Part shown: positions 24,771-34,080 of the stretch, piece after piece | Numbering within the stretch: position 1 is the stretch's first letter | Layout of the letters: every line of letters starts with the position of its first letter | IMG/VR virus record: IMGVR_UViG_3300017756_000040 | Coordinates: 1-37,887 of that record | Strand: one strand, 5' to 3' | From: a virus | Taxonomy: Duplodnaviria; Caudoviricetes | DNA length: 37,887 nt | Program-made: the position numbers and the translations under genes | Notes under the pieces: model-generated | The model's database searches: none | The model's input: only the letters and a program-made list of their open reading frames with translations | Told to the model about the DNA's origin: nothing

Positions 24771-26629
24771 TATTGCTCCTCTGTTTGACCCCATGATGGA
24801 CCAAGTTCATAGTCAACTAATAAAGGTACAACTAAGTCTACACAATCTCGCATAATCTCACATACCTTCTTAGCTTCGGTTTTATCTTTTACAGATATAT
24901 CAACTTCATCATGTATTTGTAGATGTGGAATAATTCCTTCTTTCCACAACTCCAACATAGCTAACTTAGTCATATCTGCTGCTGAACCCTGAATTAATCT
25001 ATTCAGAGCTTTATAAGTGAAAGACCTTTTTAGACTTTCACCATATTCACTTTTAGCTTCTTCTAATGGTAGAGGTGTAGTTCTTTCAAACCTGCTCTCC
25101 CATAAATCGAACCTACATCGTCTACCCCCTAAAGTTTTTATATACCCTCTATCTGTAGCTATCCGAGTACATTGGTCTTGTAATCCTTTTATAAAAGGTA
25201 CTTTCTCATGGTACTGGTCAAATAGCTTTTGTGCTTCGCTATCGTCTAATCCTAATTCATTAATTAATTTTTCTTTACCCATTCCATAGCTAAGTCCTAG
25301 ATTTATCGTCTTAGCTTGTTTACGTGGTATATTAGCCATATCTGCAACTATTTGATGAAAGTCTGCGTTTCTTTCGGTATACTCTATTACTGCGTCTTTA
25401 GCACCCGCTAAGTTCATTTTATCAGCGTAGTGAACAGTTAATCTAGGTTCTTGTTGTGAGTAATCAAATACTCCCCATTCACAATCTTCTTCAGGTATAA
25501 AGATAGAGCGTATCATATCTCCTATCTCTGGGTCTCTCGCAGGTACTTGTTGTAGATTAGGATTACTATAGCTGAACCGACCACTGACCGTGCCTCCTCT
25601 ATCACTACGTAATGGATGAGCTTCTGCGTGTATACGACCCTCGTGTGAGTGCTCTAGTATCATCTTATCTATAAAAGTAGTTCTAGCTTTATTTAATTTT
25701 CTAGCTTCTACAATTAGTCTAGGTAATTCATGTGTATGATTTTCTAACCATTGTCTTTGGAATGACGCCATACCTTTTTCTGTTCTGGGGTAGAACAACT
25801 TATTTTTATCGAATATATCTTGTAAAGAAGCATTAGCCCATAGATTAACTTCCGAACCATACTTCCTTTTTATTTCTACTTGAATCTTTTGTTCTTTTTT
25901 AGATAACTCTTTAGAAGTTAACTCTGCTTTTTCCTCGTCTACTCTTACTCCTCGCCACCTCATTTCTATAAGTAGAGGTATTAAACTAGTTTCTAACTCA
26001 TATATCTTTGACAAGTCTTGACTTTTTATTTCTTGTTTTAATTTATCCCACACTTTTAACGTAAGTGCTGCGTCTTGCTCACCGTATGGACCAACGTATT
26101 TAGAATGTAGTTTATACATTTCTGATTTAGGGTTTACTCCATAAGCGAGTGCTGCGTCTTGTAATAAAGACTCATCTTTTTTATTATTACAATAACTCTC
26201 ACCTAATGAATCTAATGAATAGGAACGTCTGTTTTCATCGATAAGAGGTGCTGCGAACATAGTATCTACTATATTCCCACACACCTCTACACCTTCTCTT
26301 TTTAACCATCCAACATCGTAAAGTGAGTTATGAAAAACTACATCACGTTTATTAGATGAAAGAGTTTTAGACAGCCATTTGAGGACTAACCCCTCGTCTA
26401 AGTTGCCCCCGCCTTGATGTCTAAAAGGAAAATAACCTTTCCAGTCATCAGTAGCTACACCCACACCTATGACGTAACCATCACCTGTAGCCCATCCTGG
26501 ACCTTTAACTAATAAGTTAGGGTCACAAGTTTCTAAATCTACTGCAATAGTTTTTGTCTCGGGTATATTAGGAAATAAATCTGGTATTTCCCAATTACTC
26601 TTAGGTGCGAACATAGGCTCTTGAATCAT
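24770..26629 (-). CDS. polA: family A DNA polymerase (3'-5' exonuclease plus polymerase, no 5' nuclease)
   Basis: ExoI DLET, ExoII HNSLYD, ExoIII YGEQD; SGRFSYSNPNLQQ; motif A FDYSQQEPR, motif B RKQAKTINLGLSYG, motif C QIHDE. Confidence 0.95.
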   Translation of the reverse strand: MIQEPMFAPKSNWEIPDLFPNIPETKTIAVDLETCDPNLLVKGPGWATGDGYVIGVGVATDDWKGYFPFRHQGGGNLDEGLVLKWLSKTLSSNKRDVVFHNSLYDVGWLKREGVEVCGNIVDTMFAAPLIDENRRSYSLDSLGESYCNNKKDESLLQDAALAYGVNPKSEMYKLHSKYVGPYGEQDAALTLKVWDKLKQEIKSQDLSKIYELETSLIPLLIEMRWRGVRVDEEKAELTSKELSKKEQKIQVEIKRKYGSEVNLWANASLQDIFDKNKLFYPRTEKGMASFQRQWLENHTHELPRLIVEARKLNKARTTFIDKMILEHSHEGRIHAEAHPLRSDRGGTVSGRFSYSNPNLQQVPARDPEIGDMIRSIFIPEEDCEWGVFDYSQQEPRLTVHYADKMNLAGAKDAVIEYTERNADFHQIVADMANIPRKQAKTINLGLSYGMGKEKLINELGLDDSEAQKLFDQYHEKVPFIKGLQDQCTRIATDRGYIKTLGGRRCRFDLWESRFERTTPLPLEEAKSEYGESLKRSFTYKALNRLIQGSAADMTKLAMLELWKEGIIPHLQIHDEVDISVKDKTEAKKVCEIMRDCVDLVVPLLVDYELGPSWGQTEEQ

Positions 26630-26838
26630 TTTTTCTTTTTAGTCTGTAGCTTAGTCTTTTTAGCTCTAGGTTTTTTACCTTTAGCCCTAATCACACCTAC
26701 TTGTTCAGTTTTTTCTGGTGCTTTAGGTTTATGTTTCTTTTCTTCAAACTTAGGTAAATCGACTGCGGCTTCTTCCACCGCTTTATCTACCCTATCGTCT
26801 TTCTTAAAAAATTTAAGAACTTTAGCTATTATCGTCAT
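26626..26838 (-). CDS. small Lys-rich protein (70 aa)
   Basis: AGGAG SD; ATGA overlap with polA. Confidence 0.55.
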   Translation of the reverse strand: MTIIAKVLKFFKKDDRVDKAVEEAAVDLPKFEEKKHKPKAPEKTEQVGVIRAKGKKPRAKKTKLQTKKKK

Positions 26839-27178
26839 TTTGACTCTCCTGTATTATAGTTGTACTAAACATATCTGCTATGGTTTCAGGGTTAGACTGT
26901 TCTAATATATGTTGTTCGCATAGTAACAAATATCTACGTAAATCACGTATATCATCTAGTAGACCTGCTTCACCTTTAAATGCTTCACCAGCCTCAAAGA
27001 TATCCCAACCATGTTTTTCTGATTGATGTTCTATCCTATCAAACTTACGAGCTAACATCATAAAAGCTCCTACACCTCCTCTACGTCTCCAAGAATCTCC
27101 ATATGAAGTTTCTGCTTTCTTCAACGCTTCAAGGTCTCTTTGTGCTATATCTTTCATAGCTTCCCACTTACTTGTCAT
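26822..27178 (-). CDS. Nmad1/DUF1599-like nucleotide-modification-associated protein (all-alpha NTP pyrophosphatase-like)
   Basis: KK...SYGDSW....G......RKFDRI....LLDDIRDLRRY; adjacent to the TS-like gene. Confidence 0.65.
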   Translation of the reverse strand: MTSKWEAMKDIAQRDLEALKKAETSYGDSWRRRGGVGAFMMLARKFDRIEHQSEKHGWDIFEAGEAFKGEAGLLDDIRDLRRYLLLCEQHILEQSNPETIADMFSTTIIQESQNDDNS

Positions 27179-27187
27179 AAGTACTCC

Positions 27188-28255
27188 TTATTTATTATTT
27201 AAATTATGTAACTTATCTCTTTTGGTTATCCAATTGAAACAAGCCACCATCCAATCTTGAGCAGTAATTTTAGATACATACTCATACGCTTTATCGTAAT
27301 CTTTTTCTTTATGAGCACTAAATGCTTTCACCATAGGCATAGCTATATCTTTGAAAGTAGGCTCATTAAAGTTATAGTTAGATAAATCTAGTTTCTTTTC
27401 GTCAGTTAATAATTTTCTTTGGTCACCGTCCTCGAGCCACCATAAATTAAAAGGACTAAAAAATATTCGTAATTCTTTATCAAAGATTTCTTTATCTGTA
27501 TAGAGTGGACTATACTCATATCCATCACAGTAATCAGAACTTAAATGTCTATAGGTTAAAGGGTCAAGTTCTGCTCCTTTTATCCTATCCCAAACTTTAT
27601 TTTGATAAACGTGTAAGCTATCGCTAATCTGTGTATATACTCCTATATCGACTCCTATAGCTAAAGCAATATATTCTTGAAGGATAGACATATGTACTGC
27701 GTTAGCACCGTAAGCACCCCACACCATATCGTTAGAGCGATTACAAACTGTCATATTTAATTTCCCGTTTCTGATTTTAAAATAAATATTCGTATTACAT
27801 GGTACATCTAGAGATTTATCTGCTAAATCTTTGATACCCCACATCTGTAAAACGGCACGTCTATCGTCAGGATTTTTAGTTAATATATGTATAATTTGTT
27901 CTATCTGGTCTTCGCCAAAATAACTTCTCCACCTATTACCATAAGCAGCATTTAAAGTCCTACCGTCATCAGAAAAATCTTTCATAGATTTTACGAAATA
28001 CGTGAGTGGTGCTAAATCATTATTACCGTTTAACATCCATAGACTTTCTATAAAATGAAAAAATGGGTTAGCGTCTCGTTTAGTACAAAATAAAACTCGC
28101 TCCCAAGGATTCTGATAAACAGTAGTTAATGGTTCATTTAATTCTAATGTTTTACCATTCCTACTATCTTGTTCTATATAGTTATCTGGAAAACAAAATA
28201 AATCAATCCCTCGTTCTAGGGCTTCATTCACATTCCTTACCTTTAACGTATTCAT
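27188..28255 (-). CDS. thymidylate synthase-family protein, probable dUMP hydroxymethylase
   Basis: SRNG..ELNEP, RDANPFFHFIESLWML, AYGNRWR, DRRAVL, catalytic PC (DVPCN), RSNDMVWGAYGAN (Asn at the specificity position, indicating dUMP), SLHVY. Confidence 0.8.
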   Translation of the reverse strand: MNTLKVRNVNEALERGIDLFCFPDNYIEQDSRNGKTLELNEPLTTVYQNPWERVLFCTKRDANPFFHFIESLWMLNGNNDLAPLTYFVKSMKDFSDDGRTLNAAYGNRWRSYFGEDQIEQIIHILTKNPDDRRAVLQMWGIKDLADKSLDVPCNTNIYFKIRNGKLNMTVCNRSNDMVWGAYGANAVHMSILQEYIALAIGVDIGVYTQISDSLHVYQNKVWDRIKGAELDPLTYRHLSSDYCDGYEYSPLYTDKEIFDKELRIFFSPFNLWWLEDGDQRKLLTDEKKLDLSNYNFNEPTFKDIAMPMVKAFSAHKEKDYDKAYEYVSKITAQDWMVACFNWITKRDKLHNLNNK

Positions 28256-28473
28256 ACAGGTGAGTTATGTATTCCTGTTATTTCGTCTATAAGGAAACCT
28301 ATCTCCGCTTCTGTAAGTACGGGTATCTTCCTTTTTATAAACTCTACCGCTTGAGTATAATCTGCAGGTACGTTTAGAAAATAAGCTACTTCTACAAATT
28401 GAGTATAGTATTTATCGACTTGCTCACCCCATGTATCTAATAGCTCTATAGCTAGTTCATTCATTTTGCCCAT
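28252..28473 (-). CDS. hypothetical protein (73 aa) inside the modification operon
   Basis: AAGGAG SD; overlaps both neighbours. Confidence 0.6.
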   Translation of the reverse strand: MGKMNELAIELLDTWGEQVDKYYTQFVEVAYFLNVPADYTQAVEFIKRKIPVLTEAEIGFLIDEITGIHNSPV

Positions 28474-29405
28474 ATGCTTTCTCCTTTTTCTATATCTTCT
28501 ACTAATGGAAGATTTTTATCATGTTTATAAATAGACCTTGTTCTTCCTTCTTCTTTTAATATACGAGAATATTTATCGAATTCACAAAGTCCTCCTTCTA
28601 TTTCTCTCATTTCAAAATTATGTTTTAAATCATACATACCATTATTTAATACCCACCAATTATGGTTATTAACTTTTACTATGTCGTAAAGCTCACACAT
28701 TTCAGAGTTCCAATCATGACTTCGTTTAGAAAAAGTTAATTCCCTACCTGTCAATCTATTTAGTCCTCGCATTGCTCCTGGACCTGCATTAGCCCACGAA
28801 CAAATATCTGTAGCTTCATTTAAAAGATGAGTAAATCGTAAATCCGTAACTACTTCGTATGCCATAAATGGACCCATATACGGATATTCCTTTATAAGTT
28901 CCCATGCTCTCTGTAATGAACCACCGTCTTCTTCTTTATACTTATAAAGTTGTTCTAAAATATAATCTTTAGCGTTCCACATATGAGTTATAGATTCAGC
29001 GACTCCTGTAACTTTATCCATACGGTTAGGTGTTTTGATAATATAAGCCCCCGTAATCCATTTAGGTTGTTTTGTTACGAGTTCTATAGCTTTTTCTCTA
29101 TCCCACTCTATATGTAAGTTGTTATCTAATAGAGTTCTACCCGTTTCTATAAGATTAAACCACCTGAAAATAACCGTAGCCATAAATACTTCGGGTTTAT
29201 CTTTTAATGGGTCTCTTATATGGGTTCTTAACCAACGGGTAGTTCTATCGTCTTCCCTAAATACCTGACAGAACTTAAACTTTCTAAGTATCTCATCTTC
29301 TGTCCAAGGCGGTTTATCGTTGTAATATTCTTTACATACTCGTATACCTTCCCTTTCGGCAATCCAATACTTATATAGTTCTACTTGTTCGGGTATAAAG
29401 GTCAT
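28461..29405 (-). CDS. aGPT-Pplase1 / 5-hmdU DNA kinase helical-domain family protein
   Basis: YWIAERE.I...PPWTEDEILRKFKFCQVFREDDRTT, FRWFN, ITGAY, HhH-like GPFMAYEVVTDL, GPGAMRGL, IEGGLCEFDKY.R. Confidence 0.8.
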   Translation of the reverse strand: MTFIPEQVELYKYWIAEREGIRVCKEYYNDKPPWTEDEILRKFKFCQVFREDDRTTRWLRTHIRDPLKDKPEVFMATVIFRWFNLIETGRTLLDNNLHIEWDREKAIELVTKQPKWITGAYIIKTPNRMDKVTGVAESITHMWNAKDYILEQLYKYKEEDGGSLQRAWELIKEYPYMGPFMAYEVVTDLRFTHLLNEATDICSWANAGPGAMRGLNRLTGRELTFSKRSHDWNSEMCELYDIVKVNNHNWWVLNNGMYDLKHNFEMREIEGGLCEFDKYSRILKEEGRTRSIYKHDKNLPLVEDIEKGESIWAK

Positions 29406-30247
29406 TACTTTTTACGTATTCTCCATGCACAATTATTAGCTACCTCTGGGTAAAAAACTGCTCCTGCTAATCTCATAAACTGTTTACCGTATCGGTCTTT
29501 CATTACTTCGAACTGCTCAGGAGTAAATCCACCTTCTACTTTATTTTCTACTGCTTTTTTCAATCTAGGCATTTGTATAAATGTTCCAGTAACAGCTTCT
29601 ATCTCAAAGTTCCTTTCTAGTTCTTCTTTTAGTTCTTCGAAGCCCCACTCGTATACATGGTCTTCTGGAAGTTTATCGTTAGAACCGTCATGGTTAGGAG
29701 TAGATACATATCCTAATGCTCCTGGTCTCATAACTCTAGCAACATCATCTAACCAAGCGGGAACAAACTCTCTACCCATGTGTTCTATAACTTCTGTAGA
29801 CCAAAAGAAATCTATACTTTCATCTTCTAATTTAAATACAGGGTCTACTGTTAAATCTTGTATACGTATCTCACCGTTAAATAGCTTAAACCAAGTAGAG
29901 TCTTTTAGTTCTCCACCTGCATTAGACCAATAAGGGTTTTCCATCTCACATGCAGGGTCTATATCATACCCAACATATGAGCTAATTATGTCAGTCTTTT
30001 TTATAACGTATGCTTTATACAAACAACGTAACGACCAACACTCACCACAACCGACCTCAAAAGTATTAAGTGGTCTACCTAATCTTTTAGCTTCGTCTAT
30101 ACATAGTGACGCTATTTTATCAAAACGACTCATATGAGCTAACTCATCAGGTCTCCAGTTACCTAGAATACCTGCTGACGCTAAATCCATTCTAGTATTT
30201 TTACTATCGTTTTCGTTGACAGTAAGTTTTTTTCTTATCGATGACAT
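29405..30247 (-). CDS. class I SAM-dependent methyltransferase (small-molecule/O-methyltransferase-like)
   Basis: Motif I FEVGCG, YVGYDID, IQDL, SIDFFWSTEVIEHM, RVMRPGALGYVSTPN; no DPPY or PC motif; start at 30247 (GGAGG SD, TAATG coupling). Confidence 0.82.
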   Translation of the reverse strand: MSSIRKKLTVNENDSKNTRMDLASAGILGNWRPDELAHMSRFDKIASLCIDEAKRLGRPLNTFEVGCGECWSLRCLYKAYVIKKTDIISSYVGYDIDPACEMENPYWSNAGGELKDSTWFKLFNGEIRIQDLTVDPVFKLEDESIDFFWSTEVIEHMGREFVPAWLDDVARVMRPGALGYVSTPNHDGSNDKLPEDHVYEWGFEELKEELERNFEIEAVTGTFIQMPRLKKAVENKVEGGFTPEQFEVMKDRYGKQFMRLAGAVFYPEVANNCAWRIRKK

Positions 30248-30732
30248 TACACCTCCCACCAATCTGGTTTATCTCTACCCTTTTCCCACTTAGCGTAATG
30301 TTTTTCGTGTATAACATAATCTCTATAAGCTAGAATTGGGTTCTCATGTTTATACTCATCAGGCATTGCCTGAGGTAATTCTGTTAATCCTCCTAACTTT
30401 ATTTCAGTGGGAAGATATGAAAGCGGTTCTTCTAATTTCATAAAACTTAAATGTTGTTTACCGTATCTTCTTGTATATTCAGAACATAAAGCAATAAAAT
30501 GGCTATACAGCCATAGATAATTATCACTGGTAGCTCTAGCCCATATAGTACAAGGATGATTTTTATAAGCGGTTTTATAAATACCGTTAGCGTCACACCA
30601 ATCTTCATCCGAGTATACTCGATGAGCGGTACATAACATTTGAGCAGATTCTAAAGGCATTTTTACTATTAACTTATCTGGTAAATACTCTGCTGCTTCT
30701 TTAGGACTTTTAGATACATAAAAAATATTCAT
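30247..30732 (-). CDS. pyrimidine-dimer DNA glycosylase-like protein (DenV/Pyr_excise family)
   Basis: MNIFY....A....DK..VKMPLESAQML.TAH..YK..YKNHPCTIWAR..NY.WLY..EYTRRYGKQH..PQAMPDEYK..AYRDY. Confidence 0.72.
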   Translation of the reverse strand: MNIFYVSKSPKEAAEYLPDKLIVKMPLESAQMLCTAHRVYSDEDWCDANGIYKTAYKNHPCTIWARATSDNYLWLYSHFIALCSEYTRRYGKQHLSFMKLEEPLSYLPTEIKLGGLTELPQAMPDEYKHENPILAYRDYVIHEKHYAKWEKGRDKPDWWEV

Positions 30733-30833
30733 TTCTTTTTTATCTTAATTCTACGTGGTGGTTTCTTTTCTTTATTTTTTATTCTTTCCATCATCTCCAT
30801 GTGCTCCTTCATGGTCATAGTTTTATTAGCCAT
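30729..30833 (-). CDS. very small basic ORF (34 aa)
   Basis: MANKTMTMKEHMEMMERIKNKEKKPPRRIKIKKK*; TAATG and ATGA overlaps at the two ends. Confidence 0.45.
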   Translation of the reverse strand: MANKTMTMKEHMEMMERIKNKEKKPPRRIKIKKK

Positions 30834-30988
30834 TAATTACGTTCTCTCTTTACATACTCGGATATACGTGCGGGTATAACAATATTAGTATTACAAAAGG
30901 TACAACACCTGCCCTCATCTTTTACAGGGCTTGGGTTATGTCCGAACTCCTCATCTCTTTTACGGTCGCAAATAACACAATTTATCAT
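30833..30988 (-). CDS. small zinc-finger protein (51 aa, below cut-off)
   Basis: AAGGAG SD; CVIC..FGHNPSPV..GRCCTFCN..VIPARI. Confidence 0.65.
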   Translation of the reverse strand: MINCVICDRKRDEEFGHNPSPVKDEGRCCTFCNTNIVIPARISEYVKRERN

Positions 30989-31010
30989 TCTAATCTCCTT
31001 TACATATAGT

Positions 31011-31042
31011 AGTTTACTTTATATTTATTACAAAGTAAAAGA
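31011..31042 (-). promoter_or_regulatory. promoter of the DNA-modification/polA operon
   Basis: TTTACT-N17-TAAACT. Confidence 0.72.
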
Positions 31043-31046
31043 CTTT

Positions 31047-32546
31047 TTACATTTGGTAGCAGCGAGGACTTTGAGGTTCAATAAGATACAAGTTCTCTTT
31101 AGTTCTCGTAACTGCTACATAAAATACCCTATTTTCATCATCAGGATTTTGCTGATAATTTTTATAAACTCTATTAGTAATATCTGTAATTAATACTACG
31201 TTATCGCACTCGCCACCTTTAGCAGCATGGATAGTAGATAATTTTATTCTAGGTTTTTTAGTAATCTTTTCTCCTCTACGTAACATAGCTCGTATGTAAC
31301 TAATTTCTTTTACGCTTAATAAACTAAAAGCGTCAAACCAAACCGTTTGAGGTATGTCGGGAAAATAATACAGCATATCTTTCATATCAAGTTTTGCTTT
31401 TTCATCGATAGTATCAATAACTTTTGGATTTTTTAATTTAATTTGTTTTATAATGTTTACACATTCTGCTAAAGTTATTTTTTCTCCGCTTCTAAGTCTT
31501 TCCCAATTTATTACAGCTTGTACCTTTTTCTCAGAAATACTAGGTCTACCTTTTACTTCAAAAAACCAACCTTCGTTTCTACAATAATCATCTACTTGTT
31601 CTAAAAGGTAGTTTGTACGAGCTAATACTAACCACTCACCGCTCTCCATGTTTACTAAATCTATATTAGGTTCCCACCTCACCGTACCTTTTTGTTCTCT
31701 AGGATTCCATGTTTTATGTACCCTAGAACGTACCTGATTTATGCATTTCATAGCAACATCGTGTACAGAAAAAGGTACACGATACGACTGTTTTAAAATC
31801 ATTGCGTCTTTAGAATTACTAATTAAATAATCAACATCAGCACCCGCCCACTTATAAATAGCTTGGTCATCATCACCTGCAACATAAACTCTCGTAGAAT
31901 TTTCTGCTAACTTACGCACCACCGACCACTGTAAAGGGGACAAGTCTTGAGCTTCATCTACATACATAACATCTAACTTAGGTATTTCTCCTTTAGTCAG
32001 AAAGTCTTGCAACATATCTGTATAATCTACAAGTAATCTATCTTGTTTAAATAAATTTAATCCTTTGGCATAACGCTCTAACTCAAACCAACCTACAGCG
32101 TCTTCTACATCGTGCCATTGGTCTTTTAAATCTACTCCTCGCATACGTGCTAAATTTTCTATAAAAGCTAATCTATCATCATGAGTCATAGCAAATAAAT
32201 GACCGTCGTCTGAACTACTAGCCCCTGTTAATTTTAAATTCATCTTCTCATTTAAATCTAAAATATCTCTACGACCTAAAACGTTTTCTCTATTTAATCC
32301 TAGTTGTCTAAACGCTAAAGAGTGTAAAGTCCTAAAATAAGGTAAATCTTTATCTAAAATATTATCGAACTTAGCTATCGCTCTATCTTTACCCTCAGAA
32401 ACCGCTTTTTTAGTAAAGGTAAAAAACCCTATCTTATCAGGTTCTGTTCCATTTCCTAATTCATCTTCTATAAGACCTAATAAGGTACTAGTCTTACCAG
32501 TTCCAGGAGGTCCAAGAATAACTTGTGTTTTACTAGGTAATGTCAT
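31047..32546 (-). CDS. UvrD/Rep-like superfamily 1 helicase
   Basis: GPPGTGKT, FTFTKKA, VDEAQD, GDDDQAIY, QSYR, STIHAAKGGE, VFYVAVTR. Confidence 0.92.
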   Translation of the reverse strand: MTLPSKTQVILGPPGTGKTSTLLGLIEDELGNGTEPDKIGFFTFTKKAVSEGKDRAIAKFDNILDKDLPYFRTLHSLAFRQLGLNRENVLGRRDILDLNEKMNLKLTGASSSDDGHLFAMTHDDRLAFIENLARMRGVDLKDQWHDVEDAVGWFELERYAKGLNLFKQDRLLVDYTDMLQDFLTKGEIPKLDVMYVDEAQDLSPLQWSVVRKLAENSTRVYVAGDDDQAIYKWAGADVDYLISNSKDAMILKQSYRVPFSVHDVAMKCINQVRSRVHKTWNPREQKGTVRWEPNIDLVNMESGEWLVLARTNYLLEQVDDYCRNEGWFFEVKGRPSISEKKVQAVINWERLRSGEKITLAECVNIIKQIKLKNPKVIDTIDEKAKLDMKDMLYYFPDIPQTVWFDAFSLLSVKEISYIRAMLRRGEKITKKPRIKLSTIHAAKGGECDNVVLITDITNRVYKNYQQNPDDENRVFYVAVTRTKENLYLIEPQSPRCYQM

Positions 32547-34066
32547 ATCGGGTTATCATCAAACTCAGGTAAATTATGTGACTCATCTTGAGCTTTAAAT
32601 TCATCTATATACCACACGTTTATTCCCTTGCCTTTTATATTGAAAAAGTATGGCTCTCCGTTTAATTGTTTTAATTTAGAAGTTAATCTATTTCGTTGAT
32701 ACTCTTTAAAATTATGTCTATGTAAGTATTCCATAAGGTCTGCTAATCTAAAATATGTTCTACCTTTATCCGTCCAAGGTTTATGTAGTAGTAATTCATC
32801 ACGTTCCCTAGCAGGTCTTTCTGTACAAAACGCTTCTAATAACTCTAAGAAAAATCCTTCGGTAGAAGCCTCTTTAGGTACTTCTACAATAGTTAATGCG
32901 TCTAATAACTGCTGTATTATTTGTCTCCAAACATTTTCTTTTACCTTCGGTGGTATTTTATTTAAAGCGTCCATACACTTACGCTGAAATCTATTTTGGT
33001 TTAGTAGGTCATCTGTTTCTAGTTCTAATCTACCGCCTTCTACATCTAAAAACCATATCGGTGGGTCACTATCTTGTTTAGTTAAATTACTAAACAATGG
33101 AGTCCCCCCTCCTGCTCCGATACCATACTTCCTAGTTCTACAAAGAGGACTATTACAGTGTCCAGCAAGAGGTTGGTCGTTACATTTATAGAAATAATCT
33201 TTTCTGTTTACTTGTTTTGCAATAGTTAATACTTCTTGTGCACCTAATGGTGGTTGCATATATTTTATATTTACTTCTTCTAATCTTTTTTCCCAATCGT
33301 CTGGGTATTTCTTTCTTAAAAATACACCTAAATTAAATAGCCCTGAGTTTCTTGTGCCTTTCGGAAACCCTTGTACAATTAAATGTTGTAAGCAAGGAGG
33401 TGATTGGTCTATCCAGTCTACCTCCTCGCTTAAAGGACTAGCTTCTAATGATTCTAGCCCTGAGGGGGTTATTGTTAATTCTTCTGCTTTTTCTAAAAAT
33501 TCTTCGGGACTAATAGCTTGTCCATCTTTGCCATAGGCATACCGTGTAGAGTTTTCTCCTGCGAAATACGGCATATTCAGAGTACTTCCTCTGTCTCCTC
33601 TATCTAATAATAATTGTGTTTGTTTTGGAAATATCTCAGCCTGACCGAAACCTATTGACGCAGCAAGTTGTCTTAACTTACGTTGCATTAACGAGGCTTC
33701 GACAGGCTCAGATACGAAAAGATAAATATGTGCTCCTCCGCTTTTACTACGACAGACGGTAAGTGGTAGTTTATGTTTCGATATCTTTTTAGCTAGTCCT
33801 TTTAAGTCTAGCTGATATTCGTCTACATCTATTGCTCCCCAGACACATTGATTATTTTCATCAATGGCTACGATTCCTATACTTTGTTTCCCATTTAAAT
33901 GGTTCTCCCAAAGTTTAAGCAGTCCTTCATCGGATAGCTCTTTAGATATAGTTACATTTTTTCCACTCGCCTTACCGTCTTCCCTAGTCTCGTTTAGGGC
34001 TGTAAAAGTCCCATACGCTTGACGAAGTCCAGCAAACCGTTTGGCAAATTCCTCTGCCAACGACAT
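32543..34066 (-). CDS. AEP-superfamily primase with PriCT-like domain
   Basis: AIDVD (motif I), RSKSGGAHIY (motif II), PPCL..GTRNSGLF, Cys cluster YKC..C...C. Confidence 0.8.
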   Translation of the reverse strand: MSLAEEFAKRFAGLRQAYGTFTALNETREDGKASGKNVTISKELSDEGLLKLWENHLNGKQSIGIVAIDENNQCVWGAIDVDEYQLDLKGLAKKISKHKLPLTVCRSKSGGAHIYLFVSEPVEASLMQRKLRQLAASIGFGQAEIFPKQTQLLLDRGDRGSTLNMPYFAGENSTRYAYGKDGQAISPEEFLEKAEELTITPSGLESLEASPLSEEVDWIDQSPPCLQHLIVQGFPKGTRNSGLFNLGVFLRKKYPDDWEKRLEEVNIKYMQPPLGAQEVLTIAKQVNRKDYFYKCNDQPLAGHCNSPLCRTRKYGIGAGGGTPLFSNLTKQDSDPPIWFLDVEGGRLELETDDLLNQNRFQRKCMDALNKIPPKVKENVWRQIIQQLLDALTIVEVPKEASTEGFFLELLEAFCTERPARERDELLLHKPWTDKGRTYFRLADLMEYLHRHNFKEYQRNRLTSKLKQLNGEPYFFNIKGKGINVWYIDEFKAQDESHNLPEFDDNPI

Positions 34067-34080
34067 ATATTACCCCTAAA

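Noticed and set aside
27188-28255. dCMP hydroxymethylase (T4 gp42-like) or ordinary ThyA
   Set aside because: The specificity position appears to be Asn, not Asp, and the neighbouring 5-hmdU kinase-like and Nmad1-like genes favour dUMP hydroxymethylase. Ordinary ThyA is disfavoured but not excluded.
29405-30247. Conventional DNA adenine or cytosine methyltransferase
   Set aside because: No DPPY, NPPY, SPPY or PC/ENV catalytic motifs.
357-33536. + strand ORFs from the track (for example 357..776, 1419..1655, 5373..5585, 7772..8200, 21065..21343, 25017..25289)
   Set aside because: Antisense shadows of well-supported - strand genes; no SD or recognisable motifs.
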